54,738 nucleotides of DNA. It comes from a virus (taxonomy: Duplodnaviria > Caudoviricetes). Position 1 is the first letter of the stretch, and each line of letters opens with the position of its first letter. The notes beneath the pieces are model-generated. The model worked only from the letters and a program-made list of their open reading frames with translations, did not search any database and had not been told where the DNA came from. Both the position numbers and the translations under genes were made by a program. Location: positions 1-54,738 of IMG/VR virus record IMGVR_UViG_3300027719_000273; one strand, given 5' to 3'. Shown here one piece after another: positions 8,332-18,016 of the stretch.

Positions 8332-10317
8332 TTATACAAATACTTGTACAATATTTGATGATACTCTTTTCATAACTCTATAGCCGCTTTCACTATTTGT
8401 TGCTACTCCATTGTCGTTAGACTTACAGTATCCATTTACAATACACGTACCATCATCGCGCACTAATAATTTACCCATTAATCCTATTGCAGCCCACTCT
8501 TTTCTTTTTTCTCTAGGGGTATAATATACTGTACTATCCCAATCAGGATTATATATCTGTTGAATTTCTGCATGTTCTGGTGTAATTATATTTCCTTCGC
8601 TATCCAATTCATCAGGTATTATTACTTCATGATACTGTACCCTGCCCCAATCATCAGTTAAATATTTACCTTGCCAATGGTCATCCTGATTATCACCTAT
8701 AATTGACGGAGTAGCCGAAACAATACCTAATATGTAATTATCAAGTGAATTAGCTTTTCTTAGCTTATCCCCATCAAGTGTAACGAAGTAACCTACTCTG
8801 TCTTCATTACCTGGATTACTGTCAAGCCATTCGAAGTACTCTGCATAATCGGCCCCTGTAGAAGTATACGCCCCATCAGCATATGTTTGTCCATTGAATA
8901 GCACTTTAAATGCTAAACCCCTTGTGCTTGAATTTGTTCCATTGCCTATCATAAAAGCCTCTGTGGTCGCGTCATATGCGGTATCAGAAGCAGAGGAAAC
9001 AGTACCACATCGTCCTATTGCAGTTTGTGCATATTTTGATTGAGTATAATAGCCACCTGCCTGTGAATAATTTCCACTTGCTATTGTGCTATAGCCACCT
9101 GCATGTGAATCAATACCACTAGCAGTTGTATCGTAACCTTCAGCATGTGCTCTATCCGCGGTAGCCTCTGTGTTTCGTCCTTCTGTATATGAATACGCAC
9201 CACTTGCTGTTGTGTTATAACCACCTGCATGTGAGTAGTCTCCACTAGCAGTTGAGGCATCACCTTCAGCATGTGAGCTATATCCGGTAGCAAAACTAGC
9301 ATTACCCTCCGCATGTGAATAAGCACCACTTGCAGTTGTACTAGTACCTTCTGCATGCGAACTATCACCAGTTGCTAAAGTACCAATGCCTTCTGAATGC
9401 GAATTTAGGCCACTAGCTATTGTATTATTACCTTCTGCATGAGAAGATTCACCACTTGCTAAAGTATTATATCCTTCTGCATGCACTGGATAATATTGCG
9501 CTGTAATAAGTTCAATAGCGTACTTCCAGTCAGATGTTATTGTAGCTGTTGTATTCAAAGTTACTATTAAGCCATTTATTGCGGTTATAGGTATATTAAT
9601 TTTTGAAGTACTAAGGCTTACTTTTATCTGTAGTAAATCACCAACAGATAATCCTGTCACTGTATCTAAAGTTATTGTTTTAGAGGTATTATTATATTCT
9701 GTTATTTTATATGTTTTGCCGTAAGCTCCTAAAGAATACCGCCCTTCTGTATGTGAATAGTTACTTACCGCTACCGTATTATAACCCTCTGCATTTGCAT
9801 TTGTACCCGTTTCAATACAATCGGTGGCATTAACGTGTTTTGATGTATCTGTTTCGTGAGACTTAGCCGCATATGCTGTATCATGATTATGATTACCTAC
9901 CGAAACAGTACTTGAAGTAGTACCCGTAGGAACATTTGCTATAGGAACTTTAGCAGAAGCATCAAGTACAACTAAATTATTTGCTGTGCTATCTGCATGT
10001 TTACCATCAACCATGTCTGCATCAATAGTTGAACCAGAACCATCTATGGTCAATAATTTTGCTTTAACATCTGCGGCAGTATAAGAACTTGCAGGCAAAG
10101 CTGCATCTGCCTTTACCCCCTGCGCGGCTGTTGCATATACACCGTCGTGATTATGATCGCCTTCTGCTGCTGTTCCGGCTGTAGTGCCTAACTGCACATG
10201 CCCTGCATCAATTTTATCCCAGTTGTCGTTAAGCATTGTGGCAACATTAAAACTGTCGTTGCCCTCTGTTTCTGGATCTTTTTTAAGTAAATTCAAATTA
10301 GTTGTATAGCTTGCCAA
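8332..10317 (-). CDS. Tail fibre/spike with 14-aa beta-roll repeats and C-terminal peptidase G2-like autocleaving chaperone
   Basis: Repeated ASGxxSHAEG units; GADYAEYFEW and WAAIGLMGKLLVRDDGTC; N-terminus MASYTTNLNLLK typical of fibres. Confidence 0.9.
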   Translation of the reverse strand: MASYTTNLNLLKKDPETEGNDSFNVATMLNDNWDKIDAGHVQLGTTAGTAAEGDHNHDGVYATAAQGVKADAALPASSYTAADVKAKLLTIDGSGSTIDADMVDGKHADSTANNLVVLDASAKVPIANVPTGTTSSTVSVGNHNHDTAYAAKSHETDTSKHVNATDCIETGTNANAEGYNTVAVSNYSHTEGRYSLGAYGKTYKITEYNNTSKTITLDTVTGLSVGDLLQIKVSLSTSKINIPITAINGLIVTLNTTATITSDWKYAIELITAQYYPVHAEGYNTLASGESSHAEGNNTIASGLNSHSEGIGTLATGDSSHAEGTSTTASGAYSHAEGNASFATGYSSHAEGDASTASGDYSHAGGYNTTASGAYSYTEGRNTEATADRAHAEGYDTTASGIDSHAGGYSTIASGNYSQAGGYYTQSKYAQTAIGRCGTVSSASDTAYDATTEAFMIGNGTNSSTRGLAFKVLFNGQTYADGAYTSTGADYAEYFEWLDSNPGNEDRVGYFVTLDGDKLRKANSLDNYILGIVSATPSIIGDNQDDHWQGKYLTDDWGRVQYHEVIIPDELDSEGNIITPEHAEIQQIYNPDWDSTVYYTPREKRKEWAAIGLMGKLLVRDDGTCIVNGYCKSNDNGVATNSESGYRVMKRVSSNIVQVFV

Positions 10318-10338
10318 TGTATTAATCCCCTTCCTTTT

Positions 10339-10887
10339 CTATAGAAACGGCGCGAAGTTGTTTAGTGGCGTCGCGTTCATTTCTGTTATTGTTTTAATAC
10401 TAACTTGGTATAGCGTTAAATATTTAAAAGTATAACCTATACCTAAATGTGCGTGTATTATATCGCCTATCTCTGCTTCCAGGTCAAAAAGGTTCGGTGG
10501 TATGCCAAAAGCTCCGTTAAAAGTTATTTGTACTATCTGGTTCGGTATATCTATTGTTACGAATACTTCACCATTAGTAAAGGCTTCACATACCGACTTT
10601 ATCAGTTCGGCACTAAAATTACCCACGCCACGCCATTTGCTTAGTACGCGGCTTCTTCTTATATCGTATGGATCAGCTTCTAAGGTTGTTATCCCCAGAG
10701 CTGCTTCCCAGTACTTAAGTCCCCAGGTTGCCGTTTTTATATACAATTGATTCTGTAGGTCCTGATCCTTCAGATCTTGGCTATCGAATTCGTCTGCCTG
10801 GGCTGCCTGTAGAGCTTCAAATATAGCACTAGTTTGGTAATAATCCGGAGCACTGTTCATCATTCTTTCAGTTCTTAGCGTAGCCAT
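10339..10887 (-). CDS. Baseplate protein, XkdU/YmfQ (DUF2313)-like
   Basis: TATWGLKYWE..RRSRVLSK..IIHAHL; follows baseplate J. Confidence 0.85.
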   Translation of the reverse strand: MATLRTERMMNSAPDYYQTSAIFEALQAAQADEFDSQDLKDQDLQNQLYIKTATWGLKYWEAALGITTLEADPYDIRRSRVLSKWRGVGNFSAELIKSVCEAFTNGEVFVTIDIPNQIVQITFNGAFGIPPNLFDLEAEIGDIIHAHLGIGYTFKYLTLYQVSIKTITEMNATPLNNFAPFL

Positions 10888-12005
10888 TAATTAAAAGTCA
10901 CCGCCTCTAGCGTTGCTATAGCTTCGGTACCTACTGGCAAATCTGCCGTTCCGTCGTTTACCGTAAGTCCGGAAAAATTGCTTACGCCGTCTGTAAAGGC
11001 TAAAAGCGCCGTTATTTTATTGTAGACGACGTTAGGAACTTCCGCGAATACCAGGCCTTTTAAGTAGTTTGTTACAGCAGTCTCAAAAGCCGTTTTAGCT
11101 GCTACCTGGTCCGCACCTGCTGACCAAGTGATAGTTACCGCAATGGTTAGGGCCACGTTTGAAGCTGCTATAACTGTTACCGCTGCCCCACAGGGTGCCT
11201 TTCCATTCCCCAGGCCTTCACTATTTGGGTCCAGATATTCCTGTGCGTCTGCAACTACCAGGGACGTAGCAGGCTTATAGTCTGAACCTGCCAAAACTAC
11301 CTTTACAGTGCCATTACCGTTCCACCGGGGTACGCATTTCGCTTTCCCTACACCTGTAACTTCCTGCGCCCAACGTACATAATCATTCTTATTCCCGCCC
11401 GTATCAGGATTTTTTACTTTGAAGTCGTACCGCGCCCAGGCTGCGGCATCGCTTTCCTTATCCGTGCCCGGTACCGTCGTCCCTGCGTCCACTATAAGGC
11501 GTATGCCAGGTATAGACGGCTGGAATATAAACTGGGTACCGTTCGGTACGTTACTTTCAGCTCCCAGGGTCTTACAGGTAAGGCTTACTGTCTGAGAGCC
11601 GGATTCTGCAAATACCACGACAGCATCTACCGTAAATTCGTACGGGTTTCCATCCCCGTCCACCACCACGCTGAAAGCACTATGCCCCAACGGTATAGTT
11701 ACTCCGGCATCAGCTGTCACAGTAAGCGCCCGCTTATTTGCAGAAGCAGGTATACGCTTAAGTCCCACCTCGTCCAGTAACAAGTCCAGGTAGTCACCTT
11801 CCGCGTACTGTGCAAAGCTGTTTTTGAGAATAAAGTCCCGCTGTATTTGCCCTTCTTTAACTTCAAGGGGTGCAGCAGCTACTGCATCATAAATATAGTC
11901 GCCGGGTTCCTTACGCCAGTCGTCACTTATCCGACCCAGCATACGTTCCCGTATTACGCTTTCTTCTTCTTCAAATACGGATACAAATACCGGCCTATCA
12001 GACAT
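10887..12005 (-). CDS. Baseplate J-like protein (XkdT-like)
   Basis: AEGDYLD, GTDKESD, GGNKNDYVRWA, PRWNGNGTVKV. Confidence 0.93.
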   Translation of the reverse strand: MSDRPVFVSVFEEEESVIRERMLGRISDDWRKEPGDYIYDAVAAAPLEVKEGQIQRDFILKNSFAQYAEGDYLDLLLDEVGLKRIPASANKRALTVTADAGVTIPLGHSAFSVVVDGDGNPYEFTVDAVVVFAESGSQTVSLTCKTLGAESNVPNGTQFIFQPSIPGIRLIVDAGTTVPGTDKESDAAAWARYDFKVKNPDTGGNKNDYVRWAQEVTGVGKAKCVPRWNGNGTVKVVLAGSDYKPATSLVVADAQEYLDPNSEGLGNGKAPCGAAVTVIAASNVALTIAVTITWSAGADQVAAKTAFETAVTNYLKGLVFAEVPNVVYNKITALLAFTDGVSNFSGLTVNDGTADLPVGTEAIATLEAVTFN

Positions 12006-12426
12006 CTATTACCGCCCCCTTTACGTATAATTCGTTATCAAAAACAGTAGTAAGGGTATAATCAGCATAGCGGCCTTTTACCCCTTCTATTATTGACTCG
12101 TACGCATTTATATCCTGTACGTCTGTTATCCATGGATCATACACCAGGGCCTCCCTAATCGCCCTTTTTATCTCACTTATTCGGACGTCTTCGCTTACAT
12201 TCTTCCGGGTCATAATTTCCGGTACGTCTGTGCCGTACTTGTGGTTCTTCTCCGGGTTTACAGGGTCTGCATATATCAGAAATATACCCCTGGGTGTGCT
12301 ACTTGCTTTAATTACAACTTGCTCCAGTGCTTCCCCTCCGGTAGCTGTTAGTACGCGGCCCTGGCTGTCTGTTTTGAATTCGCCTGTTTCCCAGTCAAAT
12401 ATCGGTGTCTTTCTACTATCAACCAT
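11998..12426 (-). CDS. Baseplate wedge/sheath initiator, XkdS (DUF2634)-like
   Basis: FDWETGEF, SEIKRAIREALVYDPWI. Confidence 0.85.
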   Translation of the reverse strand: MVDSRKTPIFDWETGEFKTDSQGRVLTATGGEALEQVVIKASSTPRGIFLIYADPVNPEKNHKYGTDVPEIMTRKNVSEDVRISEIKRAIREALVYDPWITDVQDINAYESIIEGVKGRYADYTLTTVFDNELYVKGAVIDV

Positions 12427-12441
12427 TACCCACTTACCCCC

Positions 12442-12903
12442 TTATTCGTAAACATGTATTACTGCGTATTTTATACTACCACTGTCGTAAATCGGGGCTA
12501 CGCTTACCCTTTTCCCAGCTGTAAGGCCGGAAGATACTACCAGGTCGTCAGTGGTATAAGTCTTCGCTATGCCGTCTATAATAAGGCTTGTAGGTCCTTG
12601 CATGGTCGCCAGATTTACCGTACAGCCGTTTATTTTCTGTATCAGCGTCCAGCGGGAAGCTGCCCCATTGTTAATTATAGGATATGTAAGGAAACGGTCG
12701 TCTTTTTTTATCGGATACATGTTATAGGGTATCTCGAATATTTCTGAACCTAGAGCCAGCTTTGTACCTTCAAATATGAATGTAGCTGCATCTGGTTCAG
12801 CGGTTACAGCCCGTACTATTTTGATACCGTTAACCACCCCAGCCCCTTTTCCTTTCGGATTAAGAAGCTTATAAAGGTCTACGCTTTTGTCTGTTCCTGC
12901 CAT
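12442..12903 (-). CDS. Baseplate spike-region protein (XkdR-like position)
   Basis: Synteny between hub and wedge genes. Confidence 0.55.
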   Translation of the reverse strand: MAGTDKSVDLYKLLNPKGKGAGVVNGIKIVRAVTAEPDAATFIFEGTKLALGSEIFEIPYNMYPIKKDDRFLTYPIINNGAASRWTLIQKINGCTVNLATMQGPTSLIIDGIAKTYTTDDLVVSSGLTAGKRVSVAPIYDSGSIKYAVIHVYE

Positions 12904-12914
12904 GTTACCGCCCC

Positions 12915-13991
12915 CTATATTCCGTAGTCTGACATAACCTTTTTTAGTTCTGGGCTATAGTTTTGTTGGACACCTGTAGTACTCTCTTTTGTATTTGGCT
13001 TCTTTTCGGCGTCCGTAAATTGTATTTCTGGTACGTATGGGTCTACTTCAAGGTCTGCGCTTATACTGATAAGGTTGCTATTTTCAAAACTATGCGTAAT
13101 ATTTCGAACGTGATAGCCACCAATAATACGCGTATATTTTTCTTCGGCGTAGATATAGTCACCGCTATAAAGCTGAGGCATTATTCCGTCAGGGTTTATT
13201 CCTTCTATTTGCTGGGTTATGTTCAGCTTTGCCAGGTTCTTTAAAAGAGTCTGGGCTTTCGTTTCCATTGTGGTCGCTTCGTCCTTGTCCACTTCTTCAA
13301 AATGGACAGCTTTACCGTAGGCTTTAAGCTTTACGTCGTCAATTCTGGTTACTATCTTGCCCGTGTCCCTATTTACCAGCTTTACTACTGTTATTGTGTC
13401 TTCTATGCTTTCTTCGTAGCTTGCGCCTGTAAGGTTTACCCCGACCTGGAAAGCCCACAGCTTCGAAGGTATTACCCTTTCGAAAAGGTCCAAGCCTTCA
13501 GCTGTATGGTCTGGCTTGTAGTTAAACCAGAATTTTTTCTTATTCTTTTGGTAAGTTCTACTTAATTGGTCTATCGCTACTGCGTCCGCAGCTTTTCCCT
13601 GGTAGTATAACGGCGGTAATACCACCCCCGTATTTGCCAGATTCTTTATTCGTATCCCGGACTTTTCGGCCAGAGTCTTTATGCCCTGGGTCGCTGTTAC
13701 TCCAGTAAAATACCAGTCGTCGATGTTCTTTACCAGGAATATTAAGGGGTCGTATACCAGGTATGTAATTACCCCATCGTGTTTTCGGCCGCGTTTTCGT
13801 AGGAAGCCCACAAACCAACGGCTACCGTTGTACCACAGTTCTACCTTTTGGCCAGGGTAGTTTTCCAGGCCTTCGGTGTCCCTTACGGAAAATTCCATGG
13901 TACGACAAACAGCTTCTAGCTGGTCGTTTATCTTCGGCGGTCCTACTAGTATCGGCTGTAAGTCCCGGCTGTTTAATGTGACTTGTATCAT
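12915..13991 (-). CDS. Baseplate hub, XkdQ/YqbQ-like
   Basis: Size, synteny, YDPLIFLVKN and YEESIED motifs. Confidence 0.85.
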   Translation of the reverse strand: MIQVTLNSRDLQPILVGPPKINDQLEAVCRTMEFSVRDTEGLENYPGQKVELWYNGSRWFVGFLRKRGRKHDGVITYLVYDPLIFLVKNIDDWYFTGVTATQGIKTLAEKSGIRIKNLANTGVVLPPLYYQGKAADAVAIDQLSRTYQKNKKKFWFNYKPDHTAEGLDLFERVIPSKLWAFQVGVNLTGASYEESIEDTITVVKLVNRDTGKIVTRIDDVKLKAYGKAVHFEEVDKDEATTMETKAQTLLKNLAKLNITQQIEGINPDGIMPQLYSGDYIYAEEKYTRIIGGYHVRNITHSFENSNLISISADLEVDPYVPEIQFTDAEKKPNTKESTTGVQQNYSPELKKVMSDYGI

Positions 13992-14656
13992 ACAGTCAGT
14001 ACCTGGCCTACTTTTATTAAACTGGGATTCGTTCCTATTACCGCTTTATTTTTTTCGTATAGCGTTTTCCAACCTGTGGTTACTGGTATTTTTTTCGCTA
14101 TAAACGTGAGCGTATCCCCAGCGTTTACTGTGTACGTTGCTGGTTTTGCTTTCTGCGGTATAGGTTCCCTGTTCTGCGGTCCTGGCTTCGCTTGCTGCGG
14201 TATTGCAGCTGCTAAAGCTACCTGTACAGGGCGCAGTACCTTTTTTTCTTTGAATTGGACCGTATAGTATATGTCGCCTTCGAAGCCTTGCAGCTGCCAT
14301 TTAAAGCTGTTTAAGGTCATGTTCTTATTTATGCCAGCAGCTGGACAAATAAGCTGTAAGCTGGTCGCCTGGTCCTTCCAGGTGCTGAATAGGTCCCGGT
14401 ATTCTATTGGCGTCAGTAAGTCCGACGTCGTACAGTAGCCGGGGTCATATCTGACAGGAAAGAAGCTGGACCATTCCATACTATCCAGTTCCACACCACT
14501 ATGGAAGTCAACGCTACCCAGGTCTATTATCTTTATCGTGTCCTTAATAGCGTCGCCGTCGCTGTAGGGGATTTCTTCCGGTAGCACGGGGACACGGTAA
14601 TACTGTCCGGTATCATTGTTAAGTATTGTTATGTCTACGTTTATACCACTAACCAT
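13988..14656 (-). CDS. LysM-containing tail tube initiator, XkdP-like
   Basis: C-terminal LysM YTVNAGDTLTFIAKK..IKVGQVL; PVLPEEI, WSSFFP. Confidence 0.9.
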   Translation of the reverse strand: MVSGINVDITILNNDTGQYYRVPVLPEEIPYSDGDAIKDTIKIIDLGSVDFHSGVELDSMEWSSFFPVRYDPGYCTTSDLLTPIEYRDLFSTWKDQATSLQLICPAAGINKNMTLNSFKWQLQGFEGDIYYTVQFKEKKVLRPVQVALAAAIPQQAKPGPQNREPIPQKAKPATYTVNAGDTLTFIAKKIPVTTGWKTLYEKNKAVIGTNPSLIKVGQVLTV

Positions 14657-16838
14657 TTACCAGCGCCCCCATTTCGTCGTTATTAGCTATTTCTGCCGCA
14701 TTACTTAGTTTTTCGAAAAGTATATTTATTACCCGCTGCGCGAAGCTTTCGCTATCTTCGCCAGGCTGTTGGTGAATTTCCAGCTTTCCTATAAGGTTCT
14801 GTATGTTTACCCCGCCTTTGCCTTCCAGGATCTTGTCGGTCTTGTCTGAGGGTATCACCTGACTGCCACCTGGTAGTATAGCAAGTTCGCCGCCGCGTTC
14901 GTTCATGTATGCTGGACCACCTTGCCAGTTCTTTGTACCTTTCGCCAGGTACGGAATTTCTTTTATGTTGAAAGTGAACTGTTTACCACCTATAAGGGGT
15001 ACCCATTTCGGTATCTTTATGTCCATACCGTTAAGGCCTTCTATTAGTGTGTTAACAGCTTTTATTAAGAAGTTTACAGGGGCTTTTATGATTGATACCA
15101 GGCCCTTAAAAACAGCTGCTATACCCAGCCCTACTCCTTTAAAAGCGTCTTTAATCCATACAACGGCAGTACTTAACAACGCCTTTACTTTGTCCCAGTT
15201 TTTATATATAACATAGGCTACCATACCAAAAGGCCCAGATATTACAGCCAGTGCAAGCAGGCCCCATTTTTTTATAAAGCCTAATAGACTATTAAAGACG
15301 TTTATAGCGGTGGTTTTTATTCCGGTCCACAAATTTACAAAAAAGGTACCTACTACTTGGGCGCCACTCTTAAACACAGCTACTACAGTGTCCCAGTTCT
15401 TTACCAGCAGTATTATTAAGCCTATCAGTAAACCTACCCCTGTAATAATAAGTCCTACAGGGTTCATATTCATTATGACATTAAGTGCCGCCTGTGCCAT
15501 TGCCCAGCCTTTCGTAGCCAGCGTTACAGCTTTCGTATACAGTAGCGCGGTCGCCCCTATACCCAGATACACGCCCCAGGCTGCCGCTATGCCCAGTATT
15601 AAAGGACCTATCCAGCCCGAGTTTTCAGTAAACCAGCCAGATATTTTTAGTACCCAGTCAGCGACCAGGGAAAGTCCACTTATTAACAGTGGGATACCTG
15701 TACCTGTAAGCCAGTTAAATACTGGCGGTATGCTTGTCTTAAGCCACGTTACAGCCGCAAAGAATGCCCCTACCAGCTTGTCTATAAATGGCTTGTTACT
15801 TGTGTATACCTGGCTGAATTTCTGCCGTATAAGTGATACCAGGCCTGTTATATATGTACGGACCTTATTAAACGCAGCCCCGGCCATTGACACAGCCTTT
15901 ACTGCTTCCTTCCCCCACTTTCCCAGGGTTCCGTTATCGTTCAACTTTTGCGTGAAGTCCATTACCTTCTGTAGTTGGCCTTTAAGCGCTTCAAATACTG
16001 GCGCGCCCAGTGTCCGGCCCATGCTGCCCATGAAGTCCTTAAGATTCGATAGCATACCTTTCCAGGTCTTAGCCTGCATTGCCATACCGCCCTTGAAACG
16101 CTTTTCCATAAGCGTAAACAGTACAGCGTTAAAGGCCTTCTGGTCTGTTATCTGGCCCTTATTATTTGTTACTGTTACCTTCATGACTTTGGCCTGGTCT
16201 TCTATCATTTTCTTAGTTATACCGAATTCCTTAAGCCGTTCCAGTTCTCCGGTCTGGGCGTCCGCGACGGCTTCTACAGCCTGCATTAAGTCCTTTCTCA
16301 TTACCGCCGCCATATCCCCGACTATGCCCATGGTCTTCTGTGCGTTGATACCGTAGGCAGACATTCGGGTAGTCGCTTCTACTATCTGAGGTATTTCAAA
16401 AGGTGTCTGCGCTGCAAATTTTGTAGCCCATGCCAGCATTTCTACTGCCTTTTTTTCATTTTTTAAGACGACGGTAAGCGTGTTTTTATAGGTTTCCATG
16501 TCCGCGTTAGAATCTATCAGCCAGTTTTTAGCCTTATATAGCCCGAAGGCCGCGGCTGCTGCTTGTATGCCCCTGGTTACTAAACTAAATGAAGTAGTCA
16601 GTTTGCCATTTGCGTTTATCCAAGTTCTAGTCATTGCTGAAGCTTTATTGCCGGACGCCACATACCGGCCTTGAGCGTCACGAAGTCGGCCCATACTGTC
16701 TGTATATGTTTTTACGCTGCGGTTAGTACTGTCTACATTCTTCTTAAAATCACGGGTGCTATTTATTATTTTGCTAATGGTACCTTTAAACTGGTCTTTA
16801 AGAGTCATTCTAGCCCCCATTTGAAAGGTACGTGCCAT
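14649..16838 (-). CDS. Tape measure protein
   Basis: FAAQTPFE motif, Trp-spaced helical repeats, hydrophobic segments. Confidence 0.92.
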   Translation of the reverse strand: MARTFQMGARMTLKDQFKGTISKIINSTRDFKKNVDSTNRSVKTYTDSMGRLRDAQGRYVASGNKASAMTRTWINANGKLTTSFSLVTRGIQAAAAAFGLYKAKNWLIDSNADMETYKNTLTVVLKNEKKAVEMLAWATKFAAQTPFEIPQIVEATTRMSAYGINAQKTMGIVGDMAAVMRKDLMQAVEAVADAQTGELERLKEFGITKKMIEDQAKVMKVTVTNNKGQITDQKAFNAVLFTLMEKRFKGGMAMQAKTWKGMLSNLKDFMGSMGRTLGAPVFEALKGQLQKVMDFTQKLNDNGTLGKWGKEAVKAVSMAGAAFNKVRTYITGLVSLIRQKFSQVYTSNKPFIDKLVGAFFAAVTWLKTSIPPVFNWLTGTGIPLLISGLSLVADWVLKISGWFTENSGWIGPLILGIAAAWGVYLGIGATALLYTKAVTLATKGWAMAQAALNVIMNMNPVGLIITGVGLLIGLIILLVKNWDTVVAVFKSGAQVVGTFFVNLWTGIKTTAINVFNSLLGFIKKWGLLALAVISGPFGMVAYVIYKNWDKVKALLSTAVVWIKDAFKGVGLGIAAVFKGLVSIIKAPVNFLIKAVNTLIEGLNGMDIKIPKWVPLIGGKQFTFNIKEIPYLAKGTKNWQGGPAYMNERGGELAILPGGSQVIPSDKTDKILEGKGGVNIQNLIGKLEIHQQPGEDSESFAQRVINILFEKLSNAAEIANNDEMGALVNG

Positions 16839-16840
16839 GT

Positions 16841-17044
16841 TTATCTTTTACCCCCTTTCGTTGCTGGTTTTTTCGCCAGCTTCTTATTTTCCTTTTCCCT
16901 TTGTTTTATTGCTTTGTCAGTAGCTGCATATATGAAAAGCTTTTCACGGTGTGATCTATTGTACACGTCCCCAGGGAATACATGATATTCATTCCAGATA
17001 TACGTTAGTATTGAAGCTTCCGGGTCCGTGTCTATTAGTTTTTT
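16841..17044 (-). CDS. Tail assembly chaperone -1 frameshift extension (gpGT-like)
   Basis: Slippery A AAA AAC at 17044-17038 just before the stop; -1 frame stays open to 16841 (LIDTDPEASILTYIW...). Confidence 0.8.
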   Translation of the reverse strand, partial: KKLIDTDPEASILTYIWNEYHVFPGDVYNRSHREKLFIYAATDKAIKQREKENKKLAKKPATKGGKR

Positions 17045-17493
17045 ATGTTTTCTGCTTCTTCTTCCGCTGATTTGTCAGTAAAGCCGCAAACTTCCTGTAT
17101 GTCCATGGCTGCGTTGTATATCTCACCGATACTCATAAGCTTTGTTACTGCCTGATCCGCTGTGACTACTCCCAGCTTTTCCAGCAGCGCCTTGTTCGCA
17201 AAAGTAAAGTTACTTCTAGCGTCGGCCTGCTTGCTTTCCTTGTCTACAGCGGCGACTACCAGTTGTACCATAAGCTTATCGTCGTCCAGTTCTGATACCT
17301 GGGCGCCCCTGGTTCCCTTCGGGTCCGGTACCATACGCATACAGTCGTGTTTTATGGTCTTGTATTCCTTCGCGTCGATTTCACAAAAGGGTACGTTCCC
17401 CAGCTTTTCAGCTGTAAATTCACCTCTGCCCAGCGCTGTAAGTTCTTCTTGGTCCTTGCCCAATATGGCTTCCAATGTTAAAAATGTCTTCAT
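17035..17493 (-). CDS. Tail assembly chaperone, XkdN-like
   Basis: Between tube and tape measure; KLMSIGEI..IQEVCGF..IKN end. Confidence 0.85.
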   Translation of the reverse strand: MKTFLTLEAILGKDQEELTALGRGEFTAEKLGNVPFCEIDAKEYKTIKHDCMRMVPDPKGTRGAQVSELDDDKLMVQLVVAAVDKESKQADARSNFTFANKALLEKLGVVTADQAVTKLMSIGEIYNAAMDIQEVCGFTDKSAEEEAENIKN

Positions 17494-17532
17494 AAAAAAT
17501 TTACCCCCAATAGTGTTATTTTCTGATAGAGG

Positions 17533-17562
17533 AAAAAAGGGCAGGCCCGAAAGCCTACCCTT
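17533..17562 (-). terminator. Intrinsic terminator after tail tube gene
   Basis: AAGGGTAGGC-TTTCGG-GCCTGCCCTTTTTT. Confidence 0.7.
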
Positions 17563-17570
17563 ATATACCT

Positions 17571-17999
17571 TTAGTCGATATAATCCGTATAACGGAAGTC
17601 GTCAGCAGTAAAGTCCAGTTCTACTTCTGCGGTTTCTCCTAGCGCCCATTTTATTATGTCGTTGCCATCGAAGCTTAAGCCCAGGATAAGTACAGCTTCA
17701 TTTCCCTTTGCGTCAGGGTCCGCAAGTTTACCCATATAATTAAATTTAGCCGTAGGATTTTCGCCTATTTTCTTCTGCAAGCGACTGTCTTTCTTATTCA
17801 ATCTCATGCTACCCGAAAGACTGCCACCAATTACCTTATGAACATTGTAAAATTTCCCAGGCACTTTTATTTCTGCTTTTTCGAATTCTGCAGAAAATTC
17901 AAATTCCTGGGTTTCCTGCATATGCTGACCGTTTTCATCATACAGATACCCGTACAGCCCGTTTATGACTTCGTTTGCGTTGTATGTTACGTTATCCAC
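17571..17999 (-). CDS. Tail tube protein, XkdM-like
   Basis: VINGLYG, KLADPDAKG, ELDFTADD. Confidence 0.9.
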   Translation of the reverse strand: MDNVTYNANEVINGLYGYLYDENGQHMQETQEFEFSAEFEKAEIKVPGKFYNVHKVIGGSLSGSMRLNKKDSRLQKKIGENPTAKFNYMGKLADPDAKGNEAVLILGLSFDGNDIIKWALGETAEVELDFTADDFRYTDYID

Positions 18000-18016
18000 T
18001 TGTTAAGCCCCCTTCC

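Noticed and set aside
9050-9500. 42-bp periodic repeats as a CRISPR array or DGR target
   Set aside because: They are degenerate coding repeats of the fibre beta-roll; no spacers, reverse transcriptase or template repeat seen
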